DNA of 64,000 bases from a virus. Its lineage: Duplodnaviria; Caudoviricetes. Shown piece by piece: positions 19,504 to 28,063 of this stretch. The position numbers and the translations under genes were made by a program. The stretch spans positions 1,525-65,524 of the IMG/VR virus record IMGVR_UViG_3300016472_000180; one strand, given 5' to 3'. The notes under the pieces were generated by a model. That model did no database searches and had not been told where the DNA came from. It saw only the letters and a list, made by a program, of their open reading frames with translations. The first letter of the stretch is position 1. Every line of letters starts with the position of its first letter.

Positions 19504-19518
19504 TCTTTAGCCCCAACT
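19504..19518 (-). promoter_or_regulatory. Putative phage RNAP promoter copy
   Basis: AGTTGGGGCTAAAGA overlapping the upstream stop codon. Confidence 0.6.
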
Positions 19519-19838
19519 TACTGGAGTGTCTCCATCTTAATAATCATCCGCTTTGGAATCTTATTTACTTGGGCTGTTTCTCCTGGACCAATGGTACTGG
19601 TTACAGCTACCTGTTCATTATCCATGAACAGAACAAACCCAACCGTTAACATATGTGGCAATGGTTCCTTGGCATAAGACTTTGCCATGTCTTTTTCTAT
19701 CCAATCCTCTCCGCCTATAGTGTATGCATCAACCCACAATATCTTAACAAGCTTAGGAACCTTATAGGGGAGAACAACTTCATTAGTAAGTGTCTCTTTC
19801 TTTACTTGGTTGTCAAGTTGTTTTTGTTTCTTAGCCAC
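19518..19838 (-). CDS. Conserved phage protein (V.I.W.DA family)
   Basis: VKILWVDAY...W...TVGFV...KIPKRMI; start reset to GTG directly after the upstream stop. Confidence 0.65.
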   Translation of the reverse strand: MAKKQKQLDNQVKKETLTNEVVLPYKVPKLVKILWVDAYTIGGEDWIEKDMAKSYAKEPLPHMLTVGFVLFMDNEQVAVTSTIGPGETAQVNKIPKRMIIKMETLQ

Positions 19839-19839
19839 A

Positions 19840-20502
19840 TTACAACTCCATGACTTCAAGATAGGGGTGCTTACCATCAAGGACAACACCACAAGATACG
19901 ACTGGTTTCTTGAGATGGTTCTGTCCATAAGAGAATCCTAGGTGGCTGTGGTCAACTCCACTACCAACATCCATACCAAAGTATCTGGTCTTTGGTCCAA
20001 CCAACCAGTTGATCCCAGCAATGCTGTGGTGATGCCCCAGTACACAAGACATTGCTCTAGACTTCATTACGTTAAAAGCAGGAAACATCCCGCCAGTACC
20101 AGTACCGTGGCTGTAATACACACCGTCAACAATATGGTTATAATCCCATTTCCAATTTTTAGTTTCATAGATTTCTCTATAGTGTTTAATATAGAACGGT
20201 GGTATACCCTGATCAGCAGCAAGTCTAAAGACTCGCTCATCGTGGTTACCTATACATACCAATACCTCACCGAAAACCTTTTGCCACTTAGTAATAGCTT
20301 CTTTGGTAGCACTGTATTCAGTGCAGGCATCTATGGATTCGGGATGCTTCTTGTGGAAGCTGATGGTGTGGTGGTCTACCACATCACCAATGTGAACCAC
20401 CTTATTACACTTGTACTTTTTATACACATCTTTTACAAACTCTAGATATTGTGGGTGACAGGCAGGAAAGTGTGTGTCACCTATGACCAAGACTCTACTC
20501 AT
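19840..20502 (-). CDS. Calcineurin-like metallophosphoesterase
   Basis: IGDTH, IGDVVD, GNHDER, SHG, GHHH motifs. Confidence 0.9.
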   Translation of the reverse strand: MSRVLVIGDTHFPACHPQYLEFVKDVYKKYKCNKVVHIGDVVDHHTISFHKKHPESIDACTEYSATKEAITKWQKVFGEVLVCIGNHDERVFRLAADQGIPPFYIKHYREIYETKNWKWDYNHIVDGVYYSHGTGTGGMFPAFNVMKSRAMSCVLGHHHSIAGINWLVGPKTRYFGMDVGSGVDHSHLGFSYGQNHLKKPVVSCGVVLDGKHPYLEVMEL

Positions 20503-20749
20503 TATCTTCTTTCTTGTTGACTTCAACAAACAGATGCAGATGGTAATTCTCTGGATTACCCAAGGCATTGCTGCTATTCATAAACAAATCATTGATATTC
20601 TCTACAAGAATGTTACCTATCTCTTGAGATACTACGGTTACTTCGATTGTCTTTTTCTTTTGCTTTAACTTGGCAAGAGATAGAAACTGCTTCATAAACA
20701 TTTCCATATCACCTTCACAAGTAATTTTAAAAGCTTTCTTTTTTGTCAT
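20495..20749 (-). CDS. Hypothetical protein
   Basis: ATGA overlap with the RNAP stop. Confidence 0.6.
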   Translation of the reverse strand: MTKKKAFKITCEGDMEMFMKQFLSLAKLKQKKKTIEVTVVSQEIGNILVENINDLFMNSSNALGNPENYHLHLFVEVNKKEDNE

Positions 20750-23223
20750 TGAAATAGGTACTCCGATTCTTTTACATGGTTTATATCGAAACAACCAGAC
20801 TCAGGTAAGTCAGGAAGGTTTACATTAAGTGTAAGCTTTAGTTCCTGCTTCAACATTTCAAACAACGGCAACTCATGCATTCTATGGAATTCCTCCTTTG
20901 TAAACTGTCTCATTAATGGGATGAATGGAGCATGACATCCATAACTGTCGTGAACCATACTCAGGGAATCTATACCATGCTTCAACATTTGTTCTATCGT
21001 ACACCACATATGGCTGGCATCCAAAGAATGAATGTAGTTAGGGGATATAGCCAAGTTAACTTGCTTGGAATCTATTGTGTTCTTGTCGTGGTATCCAAAG
21101 TACAACTCCTTCATGTTAAACAACTTGGTAACAGACCGCCTTGTTATGATCTCATAGTACTGGTGTACCACATGGAAACCACAGGGTGTTGTCCACTCTA
21201 GGTTTCTATTTAGTTCCGAGGCTATGTCAGAGACCTTCTTTAACCACACCTTACCCATATTGGGTTCAGTCAGTGTGGTCTTGAGAGCCTTGTCAATAAA
21301 GGTAGCCAGTTCCATAACAGCACCAGCCATCTTATCTTTGGATACCCAGTCCAAGTGTCCCTCAGACTTACAGTATCTACGAATACCAAACAAGGTAACA
21401 CCATAAGGGTCGGTCATGACCGCCCGTTTGACAACATTCCTGCTGATGTGGTTACCCCAATGTTCCAAGAATGTCTTAGCCCAGTTACCAGACTTAGTAT
21501 CATTAACACAATCATCTTGCATGATCTGGGTTATTAGATCCGCAACATACTGATACAAGTCCCTAGGTTTATCTGAGTTGGTCAGGTTAACCATCTCAGC
21601 CAGTTTCTCAGACTTCATCAGTGCTGCCCAATGCTGGACACCATTACAAGATCCATCCATTTGAATTGGTAGTTGTGTAAGTCCATCTGTTCGGAATAAC
21701 TCAAACACAGCAGCCAACCGTTGGAATGATGGGTTCTTTTTCTTCTTATCAGATTGCCATAGACCTAGGTTATCATAGGGATCATGGTGGATATCCCTTA
21801 GCATATCCATGTTATCATCAACCCACTTGACACGGTTATCAAATGAATCCTTGTCGTGGTCAAACAGGTTTGCAATGTGAACCTTTAGCCAATACAATCC
21901 CTGTTCTGTTTGTTTCACTGGGTTTGCAAACCTAATAAGACCACGGTCAAAGTCTGAACTTTGGGGTGACAATAGATCACAAGAGGCATTAGCACGACCA
22001 CGGAAATCACAGGTATACAATTGATAGAAGAACCCATGCTTCATCATATCCTTGGCAAGTTTCAGCCTGACAAGCATACGACCACGAGATCGTTCCTCTT
22101 TGAACCAATTACCATAGGCTTCCTCTTTAAGACCACACCACTTAGCCTGTTCTTCTTTAGTCCCATCTTTAGGGTATGGGTCCGAATAATCAAACGCACT
22201 GAACTCATAGGCTGGTAAATTACAAGCACGGGAATTGTTTCTAAACAGGTTGTTCATAACCTGATAGACATCCGTGTTTATTTCCCACTCGGTGTGCATC
22301 ATTGCATTAAGACCATCGACAACAATTTGAGATGGTGTCGATCCTTTTTGCACAACATACTCATCCCACATCACATCTTTGAAACGCTGCACAACTGGCT
22401 TACGAACATATGGTAAAAGATTTCCACCTGAAGAAGCAACAGTGTGTGGCACTGGTGGAACAATCATTGGTCGATACAGCATAGCGGCCAACGCAATAAC
22501 ATCTGTGTGTCTCTTACTTAATTCCTGTAGTACAGAATCAGTAAAGGATACAACAACACGATCAGACCACCGAGATCCTGAGTATCTCTTTGAGTTAATC
22601 AGTTTAATCACATTAGACTTCTCAGCAATCCTGAGCATATGGTGACCAAAGTCTTCTCTGTTCTTTCTGGTAAACGAGGATTTACTTAGACCACCCAGTT
22701 TCTTTGTGAAAGCCTTGCACCGCTTTGGTGACCAGTTGCGTTGATAGTGAGACTGCTTTATCCACTCATCCTTGTTAAAGTTCTTGGTTATCTGATACCC
22801 CACAATATCTATAACCATCTCACTGATAGCATGGGCTATGTGTTGGGCTGTTGGTAAACTTATTGATTCCGAGTCTGTCTTCCTGTCCCACAGGCTAGAG
22901 TTAAACCACTCAACAATCAAACACCTAACAGTTATATCAGCCATCTTTGCTGCGCCCACAGCAAACAAAGGTATAGCCCAAGCTGGTGTCTTAGTATTCT
23001 TAGCCGAGTAATCAATCCACTCTTGATACAGTGGTGTCAGGTTTTCAACACAAGTATCTAACAAAGATTGCTCTGGTCTACCTTCATCTGGTGCTACATC
23101 GTATTCCTTCCAGTATCTTTTCTCAGACACATTCAACATATCTTCTTCAGTTATTACCTGAAGATTTGTTCTCAAGTCTTGTTCTTCCTTGGATAACTGT
23201 AACCAAAGTTTTTTACTGGACAT
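20746..23223 (-). CDS. Single-subunit T7-like RNA polymerase
   Basis: DFRGR; PIQMDGSCNGVQH (motif A); RNVVKRAVMTDPYG (motif B); SPNYIHSLDASH; VHDSY (motif C). Confidence 0.97.
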   Translation of the reverse strand: MSSKKLWLQLSKEEQDLRTNLQVITEEDMLNVSEKRYWKEYDVAPDEGRPEQSLLDTCVENLTPLYQEWIDYSAKNTKTPAWAIPLFAVGAAKMADITVRCLIVEWFNSSLWDRKTDSESISLPTAQHIAHAISEMVIDIVGYQITKNFNKDEWIKQSHYQRNWSPKRCKAFTKKLGGLSKSSFTRKNREDFGHHMLRIAEKSNVIKLINSKRYSGSRWSDRVVVSFTDSVLQELSKRHTDVIALAAMLYRPMIVPPVPHTVASSGGNLLPYVRKPVVQRFKDVMWDEYVVQKGSTPSQIVVDGLNAMMHTEWEINTDVYQVMNNLFRNNSRACNLPAYEFSAFDYSDPYPKDGTKEEQAKWCGLKEEAYGNWFKEERSRGRMLVRLKLAKDMMKHGFFYQLYTCDFRGRANASCDLLSPQSSDFDRGLIRFANPVKQTEQGLYWLKVHIANLFDHDKDSFDNRVKWVDDNMDMLRDIHHDPYDNLGLWQSDKKKKNPSFQRLAAVFELFRTDGLTQLPIQMDGSCNGVQHWAALMKSEKLAEMVNLTNSDKPRDLYQYVADLITQIMQDDCVNDTKSGNWAKTFLEHWGNHISRNVVKRAVMTDPYGVTLFGIRRYCKSEGHLDWVSKDKMAGAVMELATFIDKALKTTLTEPNMGKVWLKKVSDIASELNRNLEWTTPCGFHVVHQYYEIITRRSVTKLFNMKELYFGYHDKNTIDSKQVNLAISPNYIHSLDASHMWCTIEQMLKHGIDSLSMVHDSYGCHAPFIPLMRQFTKEEFHRMHELPLFEMLKQELKLTLNVNLPDLPESGCFDINHVKESEYLFQ

Positions 23224-23235
23224 ATGCCTCCTTGT

Positions 23236-23493
23236 TTAGAATCCTTCTAGTTCAGGATTCAGTGGGTTCTTTTCATAGTCTCTATACAATGACCTATACT
23301 GTTGACCTAGAGAGAAACATTCACGCTGTTCCATATCCCTGATTTCTATGTTACAAGGGAAATGCTTCAGTCTAGCCCTAGCCTCCATTCGTATCTTCTT
23401 TGGTACTTTAGGTGTTAACTCAGGATACAACAAGGATACTAAGAATCTTCTAGTTGCCATCAAAGAATTATATCGTTCTTTTGGTATTGTCAT
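23236..23493 (-). CDS. Conserved phage hypothetical protein
   Basis: MTIPKERY...FL..L...TPKVPKKIR..AR..LKHFP pattern. Confidence 0.65.
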   Translation of the reverse strand: MTIPKERYNSLMATRRFLVSLLYPELTPKVPKKIRMEARARLKHFPCNIEIRDMEQRECFSLGQQYRSLYRDYEKNPLNPELEGF

Positions 23494-23532
23494 TTTTTAT
23501 TCTTTCTTAGACCTTGCACAGTTCGGTGTCGG

Positions 23533-23760
23533 TCATGGGTTGCCCTCCTTGAAGCAGTCCCATCCACGCTCTTTCGCAAGTGACAGTGGAGAAGACGAGT
23601 AGAGTTCTCCTATATCAATGCACCAAAGCCGCCGCGCCTCGTCGCGCTCGGCGGTGAGGGTCACGTTCTCCTGCCGCAGACGCTTGATCTCCGCAATTGC
23701 CTTGTCCATCAGCGATACCGCATCGGGCGCAATCGCCGCAATGATGTCTGTGTCCTTCAC
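23533..23760 (-). CDS. ERDEAR..RGW-module protein
   Basis: GGAGG RBS and GTGA overlap; LTAERDEARR...RGWDCFKE. Confidence 0.65.
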   Translation of the reverse strand: MKDTDIIAAIAPDAVSLMDKAIAEIKRLRQENVTLTAERDEARRLWCIDIGELYSSSPLSLAKERGWDCFKEGNP

Positions 23761-23879
23761 TTGCCGTCCTCCTTCTTCGGGCGTCTTGGAAACAGCACGC
23801 TTATCCCGATCCCTGCGAGGCAACACAGCATCGTCAGGACGATGCCGACAATCACTCCGATTCCGAAATCGTCGCTCAC
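23757..23879 (-). CDS. 40-aa single-pass membrane protein
   Basis: Hand-translated MSDDFGIGVIVGIVLTMLCCLAGIGISVLFPRRPKKEDGK; GTGA overlaps at both ends. Confidence 0.6.
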   Translation of the reverse strand: MSDDFGIGVIVGIVLTMLCCLAGIGISVLFPRRPKKEDGK

Positions 23880-24052
23880 TTGCTTTCCTCCTTCCGTAGC
23901 CGCTGCACTTCCCTCCTGTTCTCCTCCAACGCCCACCGCAGTTCTTCGATGAGTTGCGTGGCGTTCGGTGTCGCTCCGCTCAAGCCTCGCGTCTGCGCGA
24001 GGATGCGGTCGGACTTCTGTGCGAGTGTCATGGCGCAGGTGTTACTGAACAT
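23876..24052 (-). CDS. Hypothetical coiled-coil protein
   Basis: AAGGAG RBS; GC-rich codons. Confidence 0.55.
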   Translation of the reverse strand: MFSNTCAMTLAQKSDRILAQTRGLSGATPNATQLIEELRWALEENRREVQRLRKEESK

Positions 24053-24069
24053 GGTAAGTCTCCTTGTTA

Positions 24070-24351
24070 TCAAATCTTCTTGGGCAGAGTGAGGGGGTAG
24101 GAAGGTCCGCTGACAACTTCATTCTGAATGAGGATGGTCTTCAGGGTATCGAATGCCTCACCCATCTCCTCTGAGATGTCATCACATGCCTTCTCAATAT
24201 CACGACCGCTGATGGAGCGTGACGAGACATTATTGTTGAGTTTAGTAATCTTTGCGAACAGACCCTCCATCGTCTTTGCGATGTCGTAGAGGTCAGATGC
24301 ACTTGTGGTAACGGTCTTGTTGGTCTTGTTCTTTGTTGCAGTCTTAGTCAT
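24070..24351 (-). CDS. Hypothetical protein
   Basis: AAGGAG RBS before MTKTATK. Confidence 0.6.
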   Translation of the reverse strand: MTKTATKNKTNKTVTTSASDLYDIAKTMEGLFAKITKLNNNVSSRSISGRDIEKACDDISEEMGEAFDTLKTILIQNEVVSGPSYPLTLPKKI

Positions 24352-24397
24352 TGTCAGTCTCCTTGTTGTTAGAGTATAGCAGGTAAATGGTGTGCTG

Positions 24398-24499
24398 TCA
24401 AGCAAACATCTTGCGGATCTTTTTGTAGCCGTAGTATGCCACCATTGACACTCCAGCAACGATGGCTGCGGCTTTGATGTACTTCCAAAAGTTATTCAT
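24398..24499 (-). CDS. 33-aa membrane peptide
   Basis: MNNFWKYIKAAAIVAGVSMVAYYGYKKIRKMFA behind AGGAG. Confidence 0.55.
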   Translation of the reverse strand: MNNFWKYIKAAAIVAGVSMVAYYGYKKIRKMFA

Positions 24500-24519
24500 G
24501 GCTTTCTCCTTTCTGTGTT

Positions 24520-24891
24520 TCAGTTGATTACTTCTGTTGTGACGGGAACGGGTTTTGAGCGTTGCTTGTACTTCTTGTACAGGAAATAGGCAAGGTAGGC
24601 AATCGCCGCCAAGATACCCATTTTCAATAGGGACGAGAACCATCCTCTGTCAGCCTTCTCCTGCGGCTTGCTCTCCGCTTCCTCGGTGTGTGCGTGGTTC
24701 TTCTTGCAACCACAGCCCGAAAAGTATAGACTGCTGTAGTGACGCAACTCGGACTCAAGGTGACGAATCTTGTTGTCCTTGCTCAACATTTTCCACTTGG
24801 TGTCATGCAAGTGAATCATGTAGAGCAGGGACACCACGACGAATCCGACTGTGGAAAGTCCAAGCAAGATGTTGAGATTGTGTGGGGTCAC
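24520..24891 (-). CDS. Two-TM membrane protein
   Basis: Hydrophobic N- and C-terminal segments flanking a coiled coil. Confidence 0.6.
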   Translation of the reverse strand: MTPHNLNILLGLSTVGFVVVSLLYMIHLHDTKWKMLSKDNKIRHLESELRHYSSLYFSGCGCKKNHAHTEEAESKPQEKADRGWFSSLLKMGILAAIAYLAYFLYKKYKQRSKPVPVTTEVIN

Positions 24892-24922
24892 TTGCTTTTC
24901 TCCTTTTGTGTGGAGTGTGAAA

Positions 24923-25165
24923 TCAGATCAGATCGCCGTACTGGATGCCAGTCTCGGGATCGCAGTCGCTCGGGCCTTCAGAGAATTCCCGCACCACCCG
25001 ATCATGGTTCTGCCATGCCTCGTCGCGCTCGGCGGTGAGGATTGCGTTCTCCCGCTCCAGTTCACGGGCAAAATCTGCACGAACAATGAACGCCGACCGC
25101 AGACCGTCCTCACTCCACCAGTTTGATTCTGCTGCGTCGGTGCGAGGTGTTTGGGTGTTGCTCAT
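24923..25165 (-). CDS. ERDEA-module protein
   Basis: TPRTDAAE...FARELERENAILTAERDEA; ATGA coupling. Confidence 0.65.
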   Translation of the reverse strand: MSNTQTPRTDAAESNWWSEDGLRSAFIVRADFARELERENAILTAERDEAWQNHDRVVREFSEGPSDCDPETGIQYGDLI

Positions 25166-25731
25166 TCGTCGTCCTCCTCAAGTAGGTAGCACCACCCACG
25201 GGCGGTGGCATGAAACTCTGGGGTGTCTCCGTCACATCCCTGTGTGACATTACGAGACAACAGAAAACACACTTCCTGTCGTGCCTCGTCGCGCTCCTTA
25301 CGCAATTCCTCATTCTCTTTACGAAGTCGATCATTCGCTTCAAGAAAAATCTTATCTTGTCCCTTAAGGAATTTGTCAAAGTCAGACACTGATGGTGGAA
25401 ATCCTGGCCACTTTCTCTCATCATTGAAATAATTCCAACCACGGGAGTTGGCGTAATCTCCTGCAAGGAATCCAGTCAGGTGATGAAAGCCACAGACTTC
25501 CCACCTTGCTTCATCGCGTTCCTCCATCAACTTTCTATTCATCTCAGCAACAGGCTCACATGCAGTGCATGAACCTTCAAATCCATTTTTGAGATCGGCA
25601 ACACGCATGCGGAGATGCTTGATCTCAGCAATGGCACGACCAATCAAAATCTGATGAAATGTATCTCGGTTACCGCTGTTGAGGTAGTTGTTCAGAACAT
25701 CAACAATTTCACCTTCTGTTGGTTCAATCAT
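25162..25731 (-). CDS. Protein with two ERDEAR..RGW modules
   Basis: EERDEARWEVC...RGW and KERDEARQEVC...RGW. Confidence 0.7.
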   Translation of the reverse strand: MIEPTEGEIVDVLNNYLNSGNRDTFHQILIGRAIAEIKHLRMRVADLKNGFEGSCTACEPVAEMNRKLMEERDEARWEVCGFHHLTGFLAGDYANSRGWNYFNDERKWPGFPPSVSDFDKFLKGQDKIFLEANDRLRKENEELRKERDEARQEVCFLLSRNVTQGCDGDTPEFHATARGWCYLLEEDDE

Positions 25732-26018
25732 TCGTAGTTTCCTTCATTCTGCCACTTTTCATCTGCAAGCCTTTGACCAAGAACCACAAGTTCTCTGAAA
25801 TGATTCCAATCTACACGGGAGTCAAGCGGCCTATCTCCGACAAACATCAAATCATATCCTTCTTTATGCTTTACGAAATACGCTATCGTCCACTTGAATT
25901 TTCCGTCCTCTGACCAAAGACAGATGTGGTGATCGGAACACAATTCAAGGGGGTATCTGGTTGGATTTTCTAGAGGCTTGTAATAACGTGTGTTGACAGG
26001 CTTTGAAAGATTGCTCAT
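25728..26018 (-). CDS. Hypothetical protein
   Basis: 96-aa ORF with coupled stop/start. Confidence 0.6.
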   Translation of the reverse strand: MSNLSKPVNTRYYKPLENPTRYPLELCSDHHICLWSEDGKFKWTIAYFVKHKEGYDLMFVGDRPLDSRVDWNHFRELVVLGQRLADEKWQNEGNYE

Positions 26019-26033
26019 TCGTAGTTTCCTCCG

Positions 26034-26516
26034 TTATCCATCGGTGTTTTCCTTGAAACAGTCCCATCCGCGTGAATTTGCATAGTCAACCGCATCCGGG
26101 GAGATGTAGGAGGATCTGCCACCCTTGCCACCCATGATCATGCACACCTCACGCCTCGCCTCGTCGCGCTCGGCGCCTGCTGCTTTGTCGATTGCCTTGC
26201 TTACATCAAGAGACTTGGGAAAGGTCTTGCTGCTAACCCATGTCACGATGTCGCGCACTTCCCACCCCGCGTCTTCAATAGCGGCAGCGAGTCGATGGTA
26301 TGTGCGCGTTCCACTAAACGCAAGCAGATATGCACCTGGCTTGGCAACCCGTAGTGCTTCTACCCAAAAGTCTTTGCCTGGAACTCCGCGATCCCACTCG
26401 TTGCCCATGAACTCTAACCCGTATGGAGGATCGGAGACAATGGCATCCACGCTGTTCGCGGGAAGTTTACGCATCTCGTCCAAGCAGTTGCCGTTAATGA
26501 TCGTGAAGTCGCTCAT
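26034..26516 (-). pseudogene. Truncated beta-class N4/N6 DNA methyltransferase fused to an ERDEAR..RGW module
   Basis: GNCLDEM, SVDAIVSDPPYGL, LRVAKPG, FPKSLDVSKAIDKAAGAER, then switches to RDEARREVC; no FxGxG SAM-binding motif. Confidence 0.75.
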
Positions 26517-26872
26517 CCGAATATACTCTCCAGTTGTTCTTCATCAATTGATGATGCAATACCAGAAATTATAAATTCACTGTGGGCAAATGCATTAGCA
26601 ACCTCTTTCATTTGCTCCTTAGTACCTTGAAAATGATAGTCACGATCCCCAGTAATCAAGGAAAACCCAGTGCCACAAAAGATACTGTCGATTGATCGGA
26701 CAGATGGCAAATACTTCTTTTTGTTTGCTCTTATCCAGTCTTCAGGTTTATTGAGATCAGCATAAGTATCCAAGCTGAATGAGATAAACAGGTCGTATAT
26801 AACATCCTTAAACTTTAGGCGAGATACTTTACTAATGTTTTTACTAACGATTGATGAATTCTTCTTAGGCAT
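26513..26872 (-). CDS. Hypothetical protein
   Basis: 119-aa ORF, AT-rich. Confidence 0.6.
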   Translation of the reverse strand: MPKKNSSIVSKNISKVSRLKFKDVIYDLFISFSLDTYADLNKPEDWIRANKKKYLPSVRSIDSIFCGTGFSLITGDRDYHFQGTKEQMKEVANAFAHSEFIISGIASSIDEEQLESIFG

Positions 26873-26919
26873 ATTCTTTTCCTTGCAATAATGGGGTTAG
26901 TTGATGGATAAAAAACTTA

Positions 26920-26993
26920 GGATATCCAGCAGGATTCGAACCTGCACTGAACGGTATTGTCTACCCGCCTCTACCATTTGGGCTATGGATACC
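26920..26993 (-). ncRNA. tRNA-like element with collapsed anticodon loop
   Basis: Acceptor stem GTATCCA/TGGATAT, D arm TAGCCCAAATGGTAGAGGC and T arm GCAGG-TTCGAAT-CCTGC are intact; anticodon arm is GGTA-GACAA-TACC. Confidence 0.7.
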
Positions 26994-27004
26994 ATTAGAG
27001 TTCT

Positions 27005-28006
27005 TTAGCAATTTGCCAAGGCAAGCTTCATAACATTTACCGAAGAGTTCTGATTAGTACCCAACAGATTACTGTAGGCTCGACTCTCCATAGTTGGCTT
27101 ACGACCACGGCTAGGTGAATGATGCTGAATGTACTTGGTAACTGCATTAACTGCCTGCCATGCTGAAGGTGGCGCAGACAATACCTTACGCTCTTCGTCA
27201 AAGTTAGAACACCAAACACCAATCTTTGTTGATGCATCCAAGACAGTATTGTAATCAGATTCCGAAGCATAAGTTTCACTTACTGGGATTAGCTTCCACA
27301 GATTCTCATATACAGATACGAAGAATCGCTGAAGTTGTTCCGTTGTCCACACAGTTTTTGATAGATGGTCAACAGAATCTTGGAAGACTTGTCCAGTTGC
27401 AGCATAGGTTGCCAATGCCTGTGACATATTGTACTTCTTTTCTTCGATGTTACCAGTGTGGGTAAACCTGAAGCCACCCTTGGAACTGTTTATTGCCATC
27501 TTCAGTGTGTTCATGCAGACAACACGAATAGATGTTGGCAACCCAGTCAATGCAATTGAACCATCGTGAGATGAAATCAATGCAAAGTACTTAGTAATCT
27601 CATCATTGGGAGAGTTACTTGGGGTGAAACTGTCGCCCTTCAAGAGACAAATAATCTTCTTACCACCCTGTAGACTTAGGGCAGACTCGACCTTTACATT
27701 TGAGCCAAGACTGTAGGCTAGATTAAAGATCTCATGGTTCTGAACCAACTGATAATCAGGAGATTGGACAGACAGAATTTCATTGGTATCATTCCTGATA
27801 ATAGCACAGAAGTTATTGGATTGAGTGGTTGCCTCGATATCCAAGTTATCTGCACGGATACCTGTAGACTTACACACAGTCCAATCTAATCCAGCCAACC
27901 GCATTGCTTCATTGGGTTCCATAGCATTGTCTACCGTATAACCCAAACCATGCCATGCTGGTTCCTTGTGAAACACCGCTCCATCAACAGATGTAATCTC
28001 ATGCAT
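27005..28006 (-). CDS. DUF932 family phage/plasmid protein
   Basis: PAWHGLG, AGLDWTV, SPDYQLVQN, SHDGS, TSIRVVCMNTL. Confidence 0.88.
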   Translation of the reverse strand: MHEITSVDGAVFHKEPAWHGLGYTVDNAMEPNEAMRLAGLDWTVCKSTGIRADNLDIEATTQSNNFCAIIRNDTNEILSVQSPDYQLVQNHEIFNLAYSLGSNVKVESALSLQGGKKIICLLKGDSFTPSNSPNDEITKYFALISSHDGSIALTGLPTSIRVVCMNTLKMAINSSKGGFRFTHTGNIEEKKYNMSQALATYAATGQVFQDSVDHLSKTVWTTEQLQRFFVSVYENLWKLIPVSETYASESDYNTVLDASTKIGVWCSNFDEERKVLSAPPSAWQAVNAVTKYIQHHSPSRGRKPTMESRAYSNLLGTNQNSSVNVMKLALANC

Positions 28007-28063
28007 TTGTTATATTCTCCAAGGTTTATCCCCAGTATCTACGAGACACCACAGATAAACCAA

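Noticed and set aside
9743-23223. Introns, inteins or homing endonucleases in RNR, PolA, helicase or RNAP
   Set aside because: All four are continuous ORFs of normal size with no intein C/HN ends or HNH/LAGLIDADG motifs noticed.
26920-26993. attP site for integration into a host tRNA
   Set aside because: No integrase or repressor is seen in the window, and the element has a full 5' half rather than only a 3' tRNA fragment.
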